Source: a virus
Virus record (IMG/VR): IMGVR_UViG_3300042319_001922
Location: 1 to 64,000 of that record
Direction: 5' to 3' (one strand)
DNA length: 64,000 nt
The number at the start of each line of letters is the position of its first letter. Positions within the stretch are counted from its first letter, which is position 1. Positions 27,664 through 36,838 of the stretch are shown piece by piece. The notes under the pieces are model-generated. The model was given only the letters and a program-made list of their open reading frames with translations. It was not told the origin of the DNA and did not search any database. The translations under genes and the position numbers were made by a program.

Positions 27664-28283
27664 TAGCGTTTGGCCAAAATCTTGTCAGCAAGCCCGTATG
27701 CCACAGCTTCTTCTGCACTCAAGAACGTGTCAAACTTCATGGTGTTAAATAACTCGTCGTATGTTTTGCCTGCTGTGTTGTGACGCACATACAATTCTGT
27801 CAGACGCTTGTTAATACGAACGCTTTCTTCAAAGATACGTTTGGAATCTTCAAACTGCAAATCTTGTACATGCACTGATCCACGGGTGCCGGGCGTACCT
27901 GAACTAACACGGTGAATCATTGTGCGAGATTCAGGCAGCACAATACGTTTGCCGGGGGCGCCGGCTTGTGCTAGAAAACTGCCCATGCTGGCAGCTTGGC
28001 CCATTACAATGGTTTGCACGTCGGGTTTGATAAACTGCATGGTGTCGTAAATGGCCAGACCCGCTGTGACATTTCCGCCAGGGCTATTGATGTAAAAACT
28101 AATGTCTTTTTCTGGATCTTCGCTTTCCAAAAACAACAACTGCGCCACCAGTAGGCTGGCAGTGTGCTCGTTCACATCGGTATCTAGCATGATGATTCGA
28201 TCTTTGAGCAAGCGACTGTAAATATCGTAACTGCGTTCACCTTTTGCAGTTTGTTCAACAACCATGGGGATTAAACTTGGCAT
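27663..28283 (-). CDS. clpP: ATP-dependent Clp protease proteolytic subunit
   Basis: [30 protein letters not shown] motifs; TTGCGC-N17-TATAAT upstream. Confidence 0.95.
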   Translation of the reverse strand: MPSLIPMVVEQTAKGERSYDIYSRLLKDRIIMLDTDVNEHTASLLVAQLLFLESEDPEKDISFYINSPGGNVTAGLAIYDTMQFIKPDVQTIVMGQAASMGSFLAQAGAPGKRIVLPESRTMIHRVSSGTPGTRGSVHVQDLQFEDSKRIFEESVRINKRLTELYVRHNTAGKTYDELFNTMKFDTFLSAEEAVAYGLADKILAKR

Positions 28284-28399
28284 TGTGTTCCTTGTAAATA
28301 ATGCGGTCTCTAGTAGACTGTGAAGTAATTATACATGATTTTTGCAGTCAGCGCAATAGTTTCACTGCTCATATAGCTCAAAACAATAAATACTCTACT

Positions 28400-29779
28400 A
28401 TGCAAATAACAGATCTAACCGAAGCATCACTTGCTGCCTCCGAAATCCCCCCAAACAAGGCCAGTGCAGTTGCCAACCCAAAAACTGGCAAACCATTCAC
28501 TCGCACAGAATTGTTTCTATACAAAGTAATGAGTGGATCACCATTTACCAAGGTAAGCGGCGGTGAAGTAACCATTGATCCCAAAGAAGCAAAGAATGTC
28601 AAGACTTGGCTGCAAACCGGGCCTAGGGGCGTGATAAAACTCAACACTATTGATCCAGCAACCAAGCAGGTGAATGGTCAGATTAAAAATAACGAATTAC
28701 AAAAAACTGTGGAGTTTGGCAGCAAAGAGAGCGAAGGCATCCCTGTTAAACCTGCAGATGTATTTCCCAGTCAGGACGTGGATCCAGAAAAATTAGAAAC
28801 TGGTGTTGCTAGCATACTAGATTACGGTGGCTTTCCTGCCAGCGAGTTGTACAATAAAATTGTCAATTCTCACTTGAAAGATCTAGGACAAGTTGGCGAT
28901 GCTGTGATTGCCATGGCCAAGCAAATTTCTCAAAAGCAGGTACCAACAGTGCCACAAAATCTCAGTGCACAAGAACAAAAGGCCATTGAGCTCTATGCCA
29001 GCGAATTTCTTGGTGTGATGAGTGTGTTAAATGGCGTGGCAGATTTTCCCAAGCGTGATGCATTCTTGGACTGGGTGGGTCAAGACCTGGGCAGTTTACT
29101 ATTGTATTTTCCCAAGAACACCAGTAACCCCATTGCGGATAGTTATGGCTTGTTGAATAGACAAACCGGTAATGCTCTTGCCATGAGCAGCAAGGCTGCC
29201 GGCAAAGGAGCGCCGCCTGCACTGACTTCCTTAAAGGTGCCACCATTCTTGGCAAAGAAATATCCTGAAGCCTACAGTTTCATCAAAGAAGCACAAGACC
29301 CATCACTTAGTGGTGTGTCACAACCGTTTGCATTGATGAACTGGTTGTATCAATACAGCCCCGAATTGGTACCTGAAGTATGGCGTCCATATTTGCCTTG
29401 GCAACCCGACGAAGTGCAAGACATTGTGACCAGTTTTAAAAAACAGGGAGGAAGTTTACCTCCAAAATTGATGAAGGCAGCCAGTGCTAGATTGAGTCCG
29501 CAAGTGGCAAATGGCAATGCCACAGATGGTGGCAAAGTATACTATGCAGTGATTAATGATGTTATGAAATTGGTCAATGCTGGGGCAGTGCCCAATTTCC
29601 GCGAAGCTGTCTTGACCAGCTTGGGATTCAACTTTGTTCAAATTTACAGCAATATCAAGAATGGTAAATTGATCACAAAGGCCTTCTGGCCAGCCAAGGT
29701 TGATGGAAAGGTTTCACTCAAGACCAAGAGTTCGGCCCAGGAAGACAAGGGCAAAATTAGTTATCAGGTCAGCGACTGA
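28400..29779 (+). CDS. Late hypothetical protein, possible PD-(D/E)xK-like domain
   Basis: TAAATA at 28387-28392; N-terminus MQITDLTEAS; PIADS...MSSK motif. Confidence 0.6.
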   Translation: MQITDLTEASLAASEIPPNKASAVANPKTGKPFTRTELFLYKVMSGSPFTKVSGGEVTIDPKEAKNVKTWLQTGPRGVIKLNTIDPATKQVNGQIKNNELQKTVEFGSKESEGIPVKPADVFPSQDVDPEKLETGVASILDYGGFPASELYNKIVNSHLKDLGQVGDAVIAMAKQISQKQVPTVPQNLSAQEQKAIELYASEFLGVMSVLNGVADFPKRDAFLDWVGQDLGSLLLYFPKNTSNPIADSYGLLNRQTGNALAMSSKAAGKGAPPALTSLKVPPFLAKKYPEAYSFIKEAQDPSLSGVSQPFALMNWLYQYSPELVPEVWRPYLPWQPDEVQDIVTSFKKQGGSLPPKLMKAASARLSPQVANGNATDGGKVYYAVINDVMKLVNAGAVPNFREAVLTSLGFNFVQIYSNIKNGKLITKAFWPAKVDGKVSLKTKSSAQEDKGKISYQVSD

Positions 29780-30356
29780 CCGGGCGGCTCACACTTGCCA
29801 CTAGATCGCAGATGCCATGAGTCAGTGCTTCTTGTGCCGACAAATACACATCTTGCGGTGGCAGTAACACTCGTTGAATTTCTTCAAGAGATAGGCCTGT
29901 GCAAGTCTTGTACAGTTCTATCATTCTCTGTTGTGTAAGTTCAAATTCTTTCACTGTGGCAAACAACTCATGTACCTTGCCCGAACTTCCCCAGCTGAAC
30001 TGATGACTCAGGATACTGGTATTGGGTGTTAGAATTCTGCGTCCGGGAGTGCCGGCAATAAAAATACAAAGTCCAGCACTGGCAATCTGTCCCAGGCCCA
30101 CTGTCTTGATGGGAATCGATGATGAATTCATCACGTCAATCAATGCAAATGCAGATGACAAATCCCCACCCTCACTACAGATCATCAACAATAATTCCTT
30201 GTGTTTCTTCTTGCGAACAAGGGTTTCATGTAATATCCACTCTATCACTGGACGAACACTGTCATCTTCAATTTGATCCATAAGGACCATGATTCCCGAA
30301 TCATTCAAGGATTGAGTGTGTGTTTCAAATGCTGGAAGTTCTTTTTCTTGAGTCAT
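29769..30356 (-). CDS. Second, divergent ClpP-like protease
   Basis: ICSEGG, GQIASAG, ILSHQ, DVYLSAQEA motifs. Confidence 0.85.
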   Translation of the reverse strand: MTQEKELPAFETHTQSLNDSGIMVLMDQIEDDSVRPVIEWILHETLVRKKKHKELLLMICSEGGDLSSAFALIDVMNSSSIPIKTVGLGQIASAGLCIFIAGTPGRRILTPNTSILSHQFSWGSSGKVHELFATVKEFELTQQRMIELYKTCTGLSLEEIQRVLLPPQDVYLSAQEALTHGICDLVASVSRPVSR

Positions 30357-30453
30357 GGTCTATATAATCTACGTGTGGTTGGGCTAAATCAATATTTTAC
30401 AGCATGTCCAATATTTCTTCTAGTACTTATGTGGTCAATAAGTGTAGCTCTGA

Positions 30454-31491
30454 CTAACAACGCCCATTTCGAATAACCTGTATTTCAATCCGGTCCAGGT
30501 CCTGGGCTGGATTTTTGCCCAAATCCACCGACACAATGAATCTTTTGCTACGCACTGAATCAATATGCACTTCTTGCCCACCAATTTCTGCATAATACCA
30601 AGGTGCATACTGGGCATGAGATAATTCAGCCACAGCAAAGCAGTGCTGATATTGCACTGTGTTTTGTGTGTCCTTGATGGAGACCTGCACTCGCGGCCCC
30701 GACAATATCATTTCTCGTTGAATCAAATCGTACACCGCAGTATCATCATAAAAACTGGTGGCACGGCCCAGGACAGATACTACACTGGTGGTTTGACATT
30801 GGATAAACCACTTGCCGCAATCACTTCTTTGATTGGTGGCTTTCACAGCCTCGGCCAGACTGTTGATGTATTTTGAATTCCACGATATTGTGAATGGTAT
30901 TTGTAAATGTCCTTGGTGACCAGGAACAACCAGCACTTGTGTTTTTCCAATAACAATATCAAATGCACGAGCAGGATAGTCAGCCAGCACAGATCCCAAT
31001 AGGGTCATTGCAGTTGTTCTCTCTTGCTGGATAGTGTGTAATTGTACACTGACCCGATTTCCGTCAACGGTTCCTGCATCACGACTGACATTTAGCAACC
31101 GTTTGCTCAGTGCACTGTGACTGACCCAGACACGCATTGACATGCGCACCTGATTGCCCACCTGTTGCTGGTTTAATATTTCATAGTCACTCACATAGCC
31201 AGCGGCGTATGTAATAATTTCATTGCGTCGAATACGAGACTGTTCAACTTCAGTTTCACTTGTGACAATGGTTCCAACTGCACGTTCCACTGCCATTTGG
31301 AATCCAGTTTTACGTGCTTGATCAACTGTGACACCGGTGGACGTTACGTCAACTTGAAACACCCTCTGGCGATCCTTGAGAACCCATTGCGCCAAAGTGA
31401 TGCCAACTCCCAATGGGGTTGGTTGGTAAGATATACCGGCATCTGCATAGATGCTGACTGCGCACAGCAGACCAGCAATTGTGCGCTTCAT
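30454..31491 (-). CDS. Secreted protein with LPP20/FlgT-N-like domain
   Basis: Signal peptide; GxTxxxAxxxxxxxAVERAVGTxVxSE. Confidence 0.6.
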   Translation of the reverse strand: MKRTIAGLLCAVSIYADAGISYQPTPLGVGITLAQWVLKDRQRVFQVDVTSTGVTVDQARKTGFQMAVERAVGTIVTSETEVEQSRIRRNEIITYAAGYVSDYEILNQQQVGNQVRMSMRVWVSHSALSKRLLNVSRDAGTVDGNRVSVQLHTIQQERTTAMTLLGSVLADYPARAFDIVIGKTQVLVVPGHQGHLQIPFTISWNSKYINSLAEAVKATNQRSDCGKWFIQCQTTSVVSVLGRATSFYDDTAVYDLIQREMILSGPRVQVSIKDTQNTVQYQHCFAVAELSHAQYAPWYYAEIGGQEVHIDSVRSKRFIVSVDLGKNPAQDLDRIEIQVIRNGRC

Positions 31492-31492
31492 G

Positions 31493-32170
31493 TCATTGAC
31501 TCATCAATGTTCGTAAATTTTGACGGATAGGAGTGTGTTTCTCATCCCACCGATACACAACTCGCACAGTTTTGCCGTTGTTGATTATATCGCTTTCGAC
31601 CAGGTACAGGCCGCCAAGAATACCTTGATTGCGTACTGAAATGTTTGTTCGCACACGACTGGCAATACTCAGGGCATCGTTGCGGATGGCCACATTTTGT
31701 TCTGAATTAAGTTCACCTTTGTTGTCCGAATCATCATCACTGGCAATACTTGCAACTTCATCACGACTCTTGTTTGTTGCAAATTTGTTTGTTTTGTTGT
31801 CGCGAGCCTTTTCCAAGTTGCGGCTGATCATCAACACTGAAGTAGAACTGGTGATAGTTTCCTTGTTGATAAAATCATTCAGTGCTTTCTTGGCTTCAAG
31901 TTCGGCAACTCTAAATGCCTCACGCGATGCATTCTGACTTCCGCCCCAGACTGGTGCATATCCTGTGGTTTCAATTGCTTCCAATTTGCCCGACCAAGAA
32001 TACACAATTTTGACCCCTTGACGCTTGAAGTTATTTGTGAGTTTCTGTTCACTGATGGCCTGCTGTGGACCAGCCGGGATAGCATCCTTTGATGATACGT
32101 CAGCTAACCTGGTTGATCCACAAGCGGTCAACATAGCAACAACAGGTATTAGCAATAGAGTTTTTTTCAT
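31493..32170 (-). CDS. Lipoprotein (LPP20-like)
   Basis: MKKTLLLIPVVAMLTAC lipobox. Confidence 0.7.
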   Translation of the reverse strand: MKKTLLLIPVVAMLTACGSTRLADVSSKDAIPAGPQQAISEQKLTNNFKRQGVKIVYSWSGKLEAIETTGYAPVWGGSQNASREAFRVAELEAKKALNDFINKETITSSTSVLMISRNLEKARDNKTNKFATNKSRDEVASIASDDDSDNKGELNSEQNVAIRNDALSIASRVRTNISVRNQGILGGLYLVESDIINNGKTVRVVYRWDEKHTPIRQNLRTLMSQ

Positions 32171-32171
32171 T

Positions 32172-32294
32172 TTATTTTCCCGACATTTTGTCTTTAGTAT
32201 AATCAGCAACTGATGAAATATCTTTGCCAAGCCCCGACACAGTTGAGCATGCGGCTAGTGTACTCGACAACACAAGTGCTATAAAGATTTTCAT
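32172..32294 (-). CDS. Entericidin EcnA/B-like lipoprotein (40 aa, not in ORF track)
   Basis: MKIFIALVLSSTLAACSTVSGLGKDIS. Confidence 0.7.
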   Translation of the reverse strand: MKIFIALVLSSTLAACSTVSGLGKDISSVADYTKDKMSGK

Positions 32295-32419
32295 TTTGCT
32301 AGATCCTGACTATGTGTTTTAACTGTGTCAACACCCTTGTCCAGCATCCGAGCAATACCAGAAAACCCCACTGTGGCCAAAATTAGCCCAAAAACTGTGC
32401 CAACAATAAAATTACGCAT
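32291..32419 (-). CDS. Small membrane protein (42 aa, not in ORF track)
   Basis: MRNFIVGTVFGLILATVGFSGIAR; AAGGAG RBS. Confidence 0.65.
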   Translation of the reverse strand: MRNFIVGTVFGLILATVGFSGIARMLDKGVDTVKTHSQDLAK

Positions 32420-32442
32420 GATGCATCTCCTTGGTTACTAAA

Positions 32443-32491
32443 GAAAAAATCCTGTTATGCGTATAATAGCACAACAGGATTTATTTGTCAA
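32443..32491 (-). terminator. Terminator hairpin overlapping a sigma70 promoter
   Basis: AAATCCTGTT...AACAGGATTT plus T-tract; TTGACA-N17-TATTAT with the -10 in the loop. Confidence 0.6.
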
Positions 32492-32515
32492 GTGCTCTTA
32501 AAGAGCACTGGGTTA

Positions 32516-32791
32516 TTACTTTTTGGTTGTAGTAGCTGTGTAAGCTTTCATGATACCTTCACCAAATTTGGTGTAGTCGAACTTCATGGCATTCTGGCTT
32601 GCTTTGACCATTTCAGAACTGATTGTGGTAAATGTATCAATACCAACTTTTGCAGCCTTTTTGGTGTAGTCTGCTTGGGCGTCAATGAACTCATTCATGG
32701 CCTTGGCTGCTGTTTCGTTTTGTACAAAAGTCTTGACAAAAGTCTTTTTACCGGTTTGAACGGTGTCGATGATTGCGTCTGCTGTAAACAT
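32516..32791 (-). CDS. Phasin-like protein
   Basis: Small amphipathic Ala/Lys/Thr-rich helical protein with a TGC-N3-GCA palindrome over its promoter; AGGAG RBS. Confidence 0.5.
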   Translation of the reverse strand: MFTADAIIDTVQTGKKTFVKTFVQNETAAKAMNEFIDAQADYTKKAAKVGIDTFTTISSEMVKASQNAMKFDYTKFGEGIMKAYTATTTKK

Positions 32792-32866
32792 ATAATTCTC
32801 CTATTAAGCGAGTTTACTACAGGACCCGGCCTATCCAGCGTCCTATGTACTATTATATATGATATC

Positions 32867-32885
32867 TATGTTGCATTGCAACATA
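32867..32885. promoter_or_regulatory. PhaR-like operator TATGTTGC-ATT-GCAACATA
   Basis: Perfect 8-3-8 inverted repeat at the -35 position of TATAAT (32852-32857). Confidence 0.6.
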
Positions 32886-32957
32886 AATTTCTAGTGTTTG
32901 ATCACTAATTTTTGGTATAAACCTTGTGAACAATAAATAAAAACATAGGAGAACACT

Positions 32958-33263
32958 ATGTTTAACAAAATTAAAGAATTATTGTTTGGTAAACCAGCTC
33001 AGACTGTTGCTGAAGTACCTTACAAGGTTGAAACACCTGTGGTGGACACTGCTGATATTGCTCTGGCACAACTGCCTGCCGGCGGCGCAGAAATTGCAGA
33101 CCGAACTACTCAAGCAGTGGTTGAAGGATCTACAAACAGGGTAGAAAAACCTGCGGCCAAGGCAGCATCACCTGCGGCCAAGGCACCTGTCAAGAAGCAA
33201 CAGTTTGAAAAGAAAGCAGCGCCACCAAAACCTCGAGTACCCCGAAAACCTGTTGCAAAATAA
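32958..33263 (+). CDS. Late hypothetical Lys/Pro/Ala-rich protein
   Basis: TAAATA and AGGAG upstream. Confidence 0.7.
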   Translation: MFNKIKELLFGKPAQTVAEVPYKVETPVVDTADIALAQLPAGGAEIADRTTQAVVEGSTNRVEKPAAKAASPAAKAPVKKQQFEKKAAPPKPRVPRKPVAK

Positions 33264-33286
33264 AAAGCCCCGAAAGGGGCTTTTTT
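33262..33286. terminator. Bidirectional terminator
   Basis: AAAAAGCCCC-GAAA-GGGGCTTTTT. Confidence 0.88.
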
Positions 33287-33343
33287 ATAAGTGCTGGTTA
33301 CGCAAATCCAGCGACACGCTATTTTGTGTCCGATTTCTAAGTA

Positions 33344-34099
33344 TTAATCAATTGCTTGGCTGACTAGATGCGCCCAGGCTCGATTGGTTTCAATGCCCGG
33401 ATGGAATTTATCACCGTTGTAGTCGTTGGCTGCATAAGCCATTTCATAGATACCGTTGCGTTGCGAATCAGAGAAAATCCATCTTGCCCAGTCTATGTCA
33501 TGAATCAAGGGCTGTAGTTCTGGATATTTCAGCACACCAAAATCTCCATTGGGACTACAATGATCTTGATGGTGCCAGTAGTTCACATAGCTCATGAAAT
33601 GGTAGGGTATGCCCCGAGCTTTGAGAAAATTCTGAGTTTTAACAATCTCCAGGAGATTGGTATGAGCCAGACTGAGATTTGAGCTAACACGATACATAGG
33701 CTTGAACAAGTCTGTAGCATCTGAATTCAATGTCCAGGGACCAAGAAACCCACCACTAAAAATATAGCCTAGGGTATTAGGGCCTGACTCCATCCGTCGA
33801 TAAAACTTGTATCTATCAAACAGTGCATGCAAGCTGGGTGTGCTGATGTCAGTTAAAAAATCTAACCTGCTAACGCCCGACCACATGATCAGCACATGAT
33901 CTGTTGTGCCAGGATTTTGTAACACGTGCCTAACTACACTGTTGGCTATGTACAGGTTGCCTGCGCCAGGCTCAGCTAGATTAGTAATCTCAAAATCTGG
34001 GCGCAGTTGTTGTAATGGAGTGGGCCAACATACATTTTTCGGACTGCCTGGATGTTCGGGCCAGTGTGTAAAACTGCAACCAGATATGAGTATTTGCAT
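33344..34099 (-). CDS. SGNH/GDSL-like hydrolase-fold protein
   Basis: ISGCSFT, NLAxPGAGN, IMWSGxxRxD, DxxHP motifs. Confidence 0.65.
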   Translation of the reverse strand: MQILISGCSFTHWPEHPGSPKNVCWPTPLQQLRPDFEITNLAEPGAGNLYIANSVVRHVLQNPGTTDHVLIMWSGVSRLDFLTDISTPSLHALFDRYKFYRRMESGPNTLGYIFSGGFLGPWTLNSDATDLFKPMYRVSSNLSLAHTNLLEIVKTQNFLKARGIPYHFMSYVNYWHHQDHCSPNGDFGVLKYPELQPLIHDIDWARWIFSDSQRNGIYEMAYAANDYNGDKFHPGIETNRAWAHLVSQAID

Positions 34100-34112
34100 T
34101 TTTGTGTTTGAT

Positions 34113-35117
34113 TTACTTGATCTGTGTCCAAACACGCTCACGGATCTGTTTTGTCAAACTGTCCGGCAATGCTACATAGTCTAAGTCTGCGGCATCTTTC
34201 TTGCCGTTCTTAAATGCCCAATCAAAGAACTTTAGTACTTCATCACTGTTAGCTTTGTTGGCAGGAGTCTTATACATGATAATGAAACTTGCTGAACTCA
34301 CAGGCCAAGCATTAGGATTCTTTTGATCCACAATACTCAGGCCCATACCAGGCACGCTAAACCAATCAGCACCATCTGCGGCTGCGGCAAATGTTAAGTC
34401 ATCTGGACTAACATACTTGCCACTCTTGTTCTGTAGTTGTAGGAATGTCATATTGTTTTTCTTAACATACGCATATTCTACATAACCTATTGAACCTTTG
34501 ATGCGGTTCACGTTGGCAGCAACACCTTCATTGCCCTTGCCACCCACTGAACTAGCAGCAGGCCATTTAACAGCAGCGCCACGACCTACACGTTGTAGCC
34601 ACTCAGGACTTACTGTGGCCAAATAGTCTGTCCAATTGAATGTTGTTCCACTACCGTCTGCACGATGTACAATGGTGATGTTTTCGTTAGGCAGGTTCTT
34701 ACCTGGATTCAATGCTGCTAATTTAGGATCATTCCACTTGGTGATGTTGCCCATAAACACTTCGGCCATGACTGGTCCAGTGATGCGTAGTTCGCCTGGC
34801 TTGAAACCGTCTAAGTTGACAACAGGAACTGTTCCGCCAATGATGGCAGGAAACTGTACTTGTCCCATCTTGTCTAAGTTCTCACCACTGACAGGTGCGT
34901 CTGTAGCACCAAAGTCTACGGTCTTTGCGTTGATTTGTCTAATACCACCTGAACTACCGATGCTTTGATAGTTCATACCAGTACCTGTGGCTTTTTTGTA
35001 GCCTTCAGCCCACTTGGCATAGATCGGAAATGGGAAGGTAGCGCCTGCTCCAGTAATGTCTGCGGCTTGTGCTGACATTGTTAATGCGGCTAATAAAATT
35101 GCTAGTAATTTGTTCAC
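34113..35117 (-). CDS. pstS: Phosphate ABC transporter substrate-binding protein
   Basis: GAGATFP, YQSIGSSGG, RADGSGTT, GYVEYAY motifs; signal peptide. Confidence 0.96.
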   Translation of the reverse strand: MNKLLAILLAALTMSAQAADITGAGATFPFPIYAKWAEGYKKATGTGMNYQSIGSSGGIRQINAKTVDFGATDAPVSGENLDKMGQVQFPAIIGGTVPVVNLDGFKPGELRITGPVMAEVFMGNITKWNDPKLAALNPGKNLPNENITIVHRADGSGTTFNWTDYLATVSPEWLQRVGRGAAVKWPAASSVGGKGNEGVAANVNRIKGSIGYVEYAYVKKNNMTFLQLQNKSGKYVSPDDLTFAAAADGADWFSVPGMGLSIVDQKNPNAWPVSSASFIIMYKTPANKANSDEVLKFFDWAFKNGKKDAADLDYVALPDSLTKQIRERVWTQIK

Positions 35118-35159
35118 GGTGAATCTCCTTGTTGTGACAAACTTATTTAGGCTAAATCA

Positions 35160-35188
35160 TGTTACAATTTTGTTACAAAACTATGACC
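35160..35188 (-). promoter_or_regulatory. Pho box upstream of pstS
   Basis: GTCAT / TGTAACA / TGTAACA direct repeats at 11-bp period. Confidence 0.8.
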
Positions 35189-35897
35189 AGTATTTAGATG
35201 AATCTAACCGGTCCCAATATGCTTTATTGTTACGGTTGACAAAATTTTTGATTAGGTATTTGCCCATGCCAAGATATCCCATCTTTTTGAATCTACGACT
35301 ATCCTGCCCAAAGTGATGACGAACAATTCTAAACTTTTTAGGACTGTATTTGCGACTTAAGAAGAAATCTTCGCTGGTGGAAAACTGTTCAGGGAAGCCG
35401 CCAAACTCTTCAAAACGATCTCTGCGTGTTAGCATAAATGCTCCAACGGCAAAAGGGGAGAAGAATTTTAGTGTGTGATTGATTACGTTAAATGCTGTAA
35501 ATCCAATCATGGCTCTTGGGTCTCGATCATAACATTTGATGTTTAATCCAATGAGGTCTAGATTCCTAGACTCTATCATATTAACAGCATCGTGGATAAC
35601 AGTATCCTTGAAGAAGCGAACATCAGCATCAATGAACAAGATGTAAGGAGTAGTGACTAGCTTGGCTCCGCGGTTCTTTGCAACAGATACAGGACCACCG
35701 TCGATAACTTCAACATTCAGTTCACCTTTCATTATTTGAATAACTTCGCGTGTGTTGTCGGTTGAGCAGTCAGCAATGATAATTCTGGTGTTGCCTATGG
35801 ATTGCTGACGCAAGTGCATTAGCAAATGTGCAATGTAGTTTTCCTCATTCTTGCAAGGAACTACAATGGTAATTTTATCGCTTATTGTCGTTTGCAT
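35181..35897 (-). CDS. Glycosyltransferase family 2
   Basis: IVVPCKNEE, DxSTDNT, FIDAD, GGF, ED motifs. Confidence 0.9.
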   Translation of the reverse strand: MQTTISDKITIVVPCKNEENYIAHLLMHLRQQSIGNTRIIIADCSTDNTREVIQIMKGELNVEVIDGGPVSVAKNRGAKLVTTPYILFIDADVRFFKDTVIHDAVNMIESRNLDLIGLNIKCYDRDPRAMIGFTAFNVINHTLKFFSPFAVGAFMLTRRDRFEEFGGFPEQFSTSEDFFLSRKYSPKKFRIVRHHFGQDSRRFKKMGYLGMGKYLIKNFVNRNNKAYWDRLDSSKYWS

Positions 35898-36052
35898 TGT
35901 CCTTCTACCTTAAAATTATTAAACTTTAGCTGCCATTTCATTGACGCCAAGGTCATCTCGCAACTTAGTTGATCTTTGAATGTTAGTTCTATTCTTCCGG
36001 GAATGTCCTGAGGGTTGTTCACGTGAACTGCTATCAGTATCAGTAGCCACAT
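35882..36052 (-). CDS. Small protein (56 aa) overlapping the PlcP tail in another frame
   Basis: AAGGAG-N7-ATG; MWLLILIAVHVNNPQDIPGRIELTFKDQLSCE...GQCKRQ. Confidence 0.6.
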   Translation of the reverse strand: MWLLILIAVHVNNPQDIPGRIELTFKDQLSCEMTLASMKWQLKFNNFKVEGQCKRQ

Positions 36053-36800
36053 TGTCTTTCTCCTTGGTCCAAGTTATAATTTCCCAACGACCGTCCCAGT
36101 GTTCCACCAGTGCTGTACAGGATTCAACCCAATCACCGTCATTCATATATGCTACGCCGTTGATCTCTTTGATCTCTGCATGATGTATGTGTCCACAGAT
36201 GACACCATCAAATCCACGTTTCTTGCAGTAGTTGGCCAAGTTTTCTTCAAACTTGAACACAAAGTCTACTGCTTTTTTAACCTTGTACTTAAGATAACGG
36301 CTAAGGCTCCAGTAGCCAAACCCCAAGCGACGACGTACCCAATTAAACTTATTGTTGAGTTCAAGAACAAAGTCATACGCTTTATCTCCCAGAAATGCTA
36401 TCCATGGTGCCAGACGGGTAATGCCATCAAACAAGTCTCCGTGTACCACAAGATAGTGCTTACCGTCTGCACCTATGTGCTCTGTCTGATTGTGTATTTC
36501 TATTAGGCCAAATGAGAAACCATACGGTATCATGGGTCTTAAGAACTCATCGTGATTACCAGCAATGTACACAACGCGAGTACCACGCTTGGCATGCCCC
36601 AGTACTCTACGTACCACATTGGTATGACTTTGTTTCCAACGCCATTTGTTTTGCTGTATCTTCCATGCATCTATTATATCACCTACTAGATATAATGTAT
36701 CACATGAGTTGTGTTTGAGAAAGTTGTTGAGACGATCGGCTTGACAATCTTTGGTTCCAAGGTGGACATCACTGACAAAGATTGATCGATAAGTCTTCAT
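35919..36800 (-). CDS. PlcP-like phospholipase C (LpxH-related metallophosphoesterase)
   Basis: RSIFVSDVHLG, LYLVGDIIDAW, GNHDEFLR, HGDLFD, LGDKAYD, YWSLSxYLKxKVKxAV, CGHIHH, NDGDWVESCTALVE. Confidence 0.8.
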   Translation of the reverse strand: MKTYRSIFVSDVHLGTKDCQADRLNNFLKHNSCDTLYLVGDIIDAWKIQQNKWRWKQSHTNVVRRVLGHAKRGTRVVYIAGNHDEFLRPMIPYGFSFGLIEIHNQTEHIGADGKHYLVVHGDLFDGITRLAPWIAFLGDKAYDFVLELNNKFNWVRRRLGFGYWSLSRYLKYKVKKAVDFVFKFEENLANYCKKRGFDGVICGHIHHAEIKEINGVAYMNDGDWVESCTALVEHWDGRWEIITWTKEKDNVATDTDSSSREQPSGHSRKNRTNIQRSTKLRDDLGVNEMAAKV

Positions 36801-36820
36801 CTAGTATTTAAGACAAAGAC

Positions 36821-36838
36821 TGTTACAACTTTGTTACA
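36821..36838 (-). promoter_or_regulatory. Pho box upstream of the PlcP-like gene
   Basis: TGTAACA-N4-TGTAACA. Confidence 0.75.

Noticed and set aside
33280-33315. preQ1-I riboswitch-like hairpin with A-rich tail
   Set aside because: The loop lacks the conserved preQ1 nucleotides, the A-tract belongs to the terminator, and no downstream gene is in sense orientation
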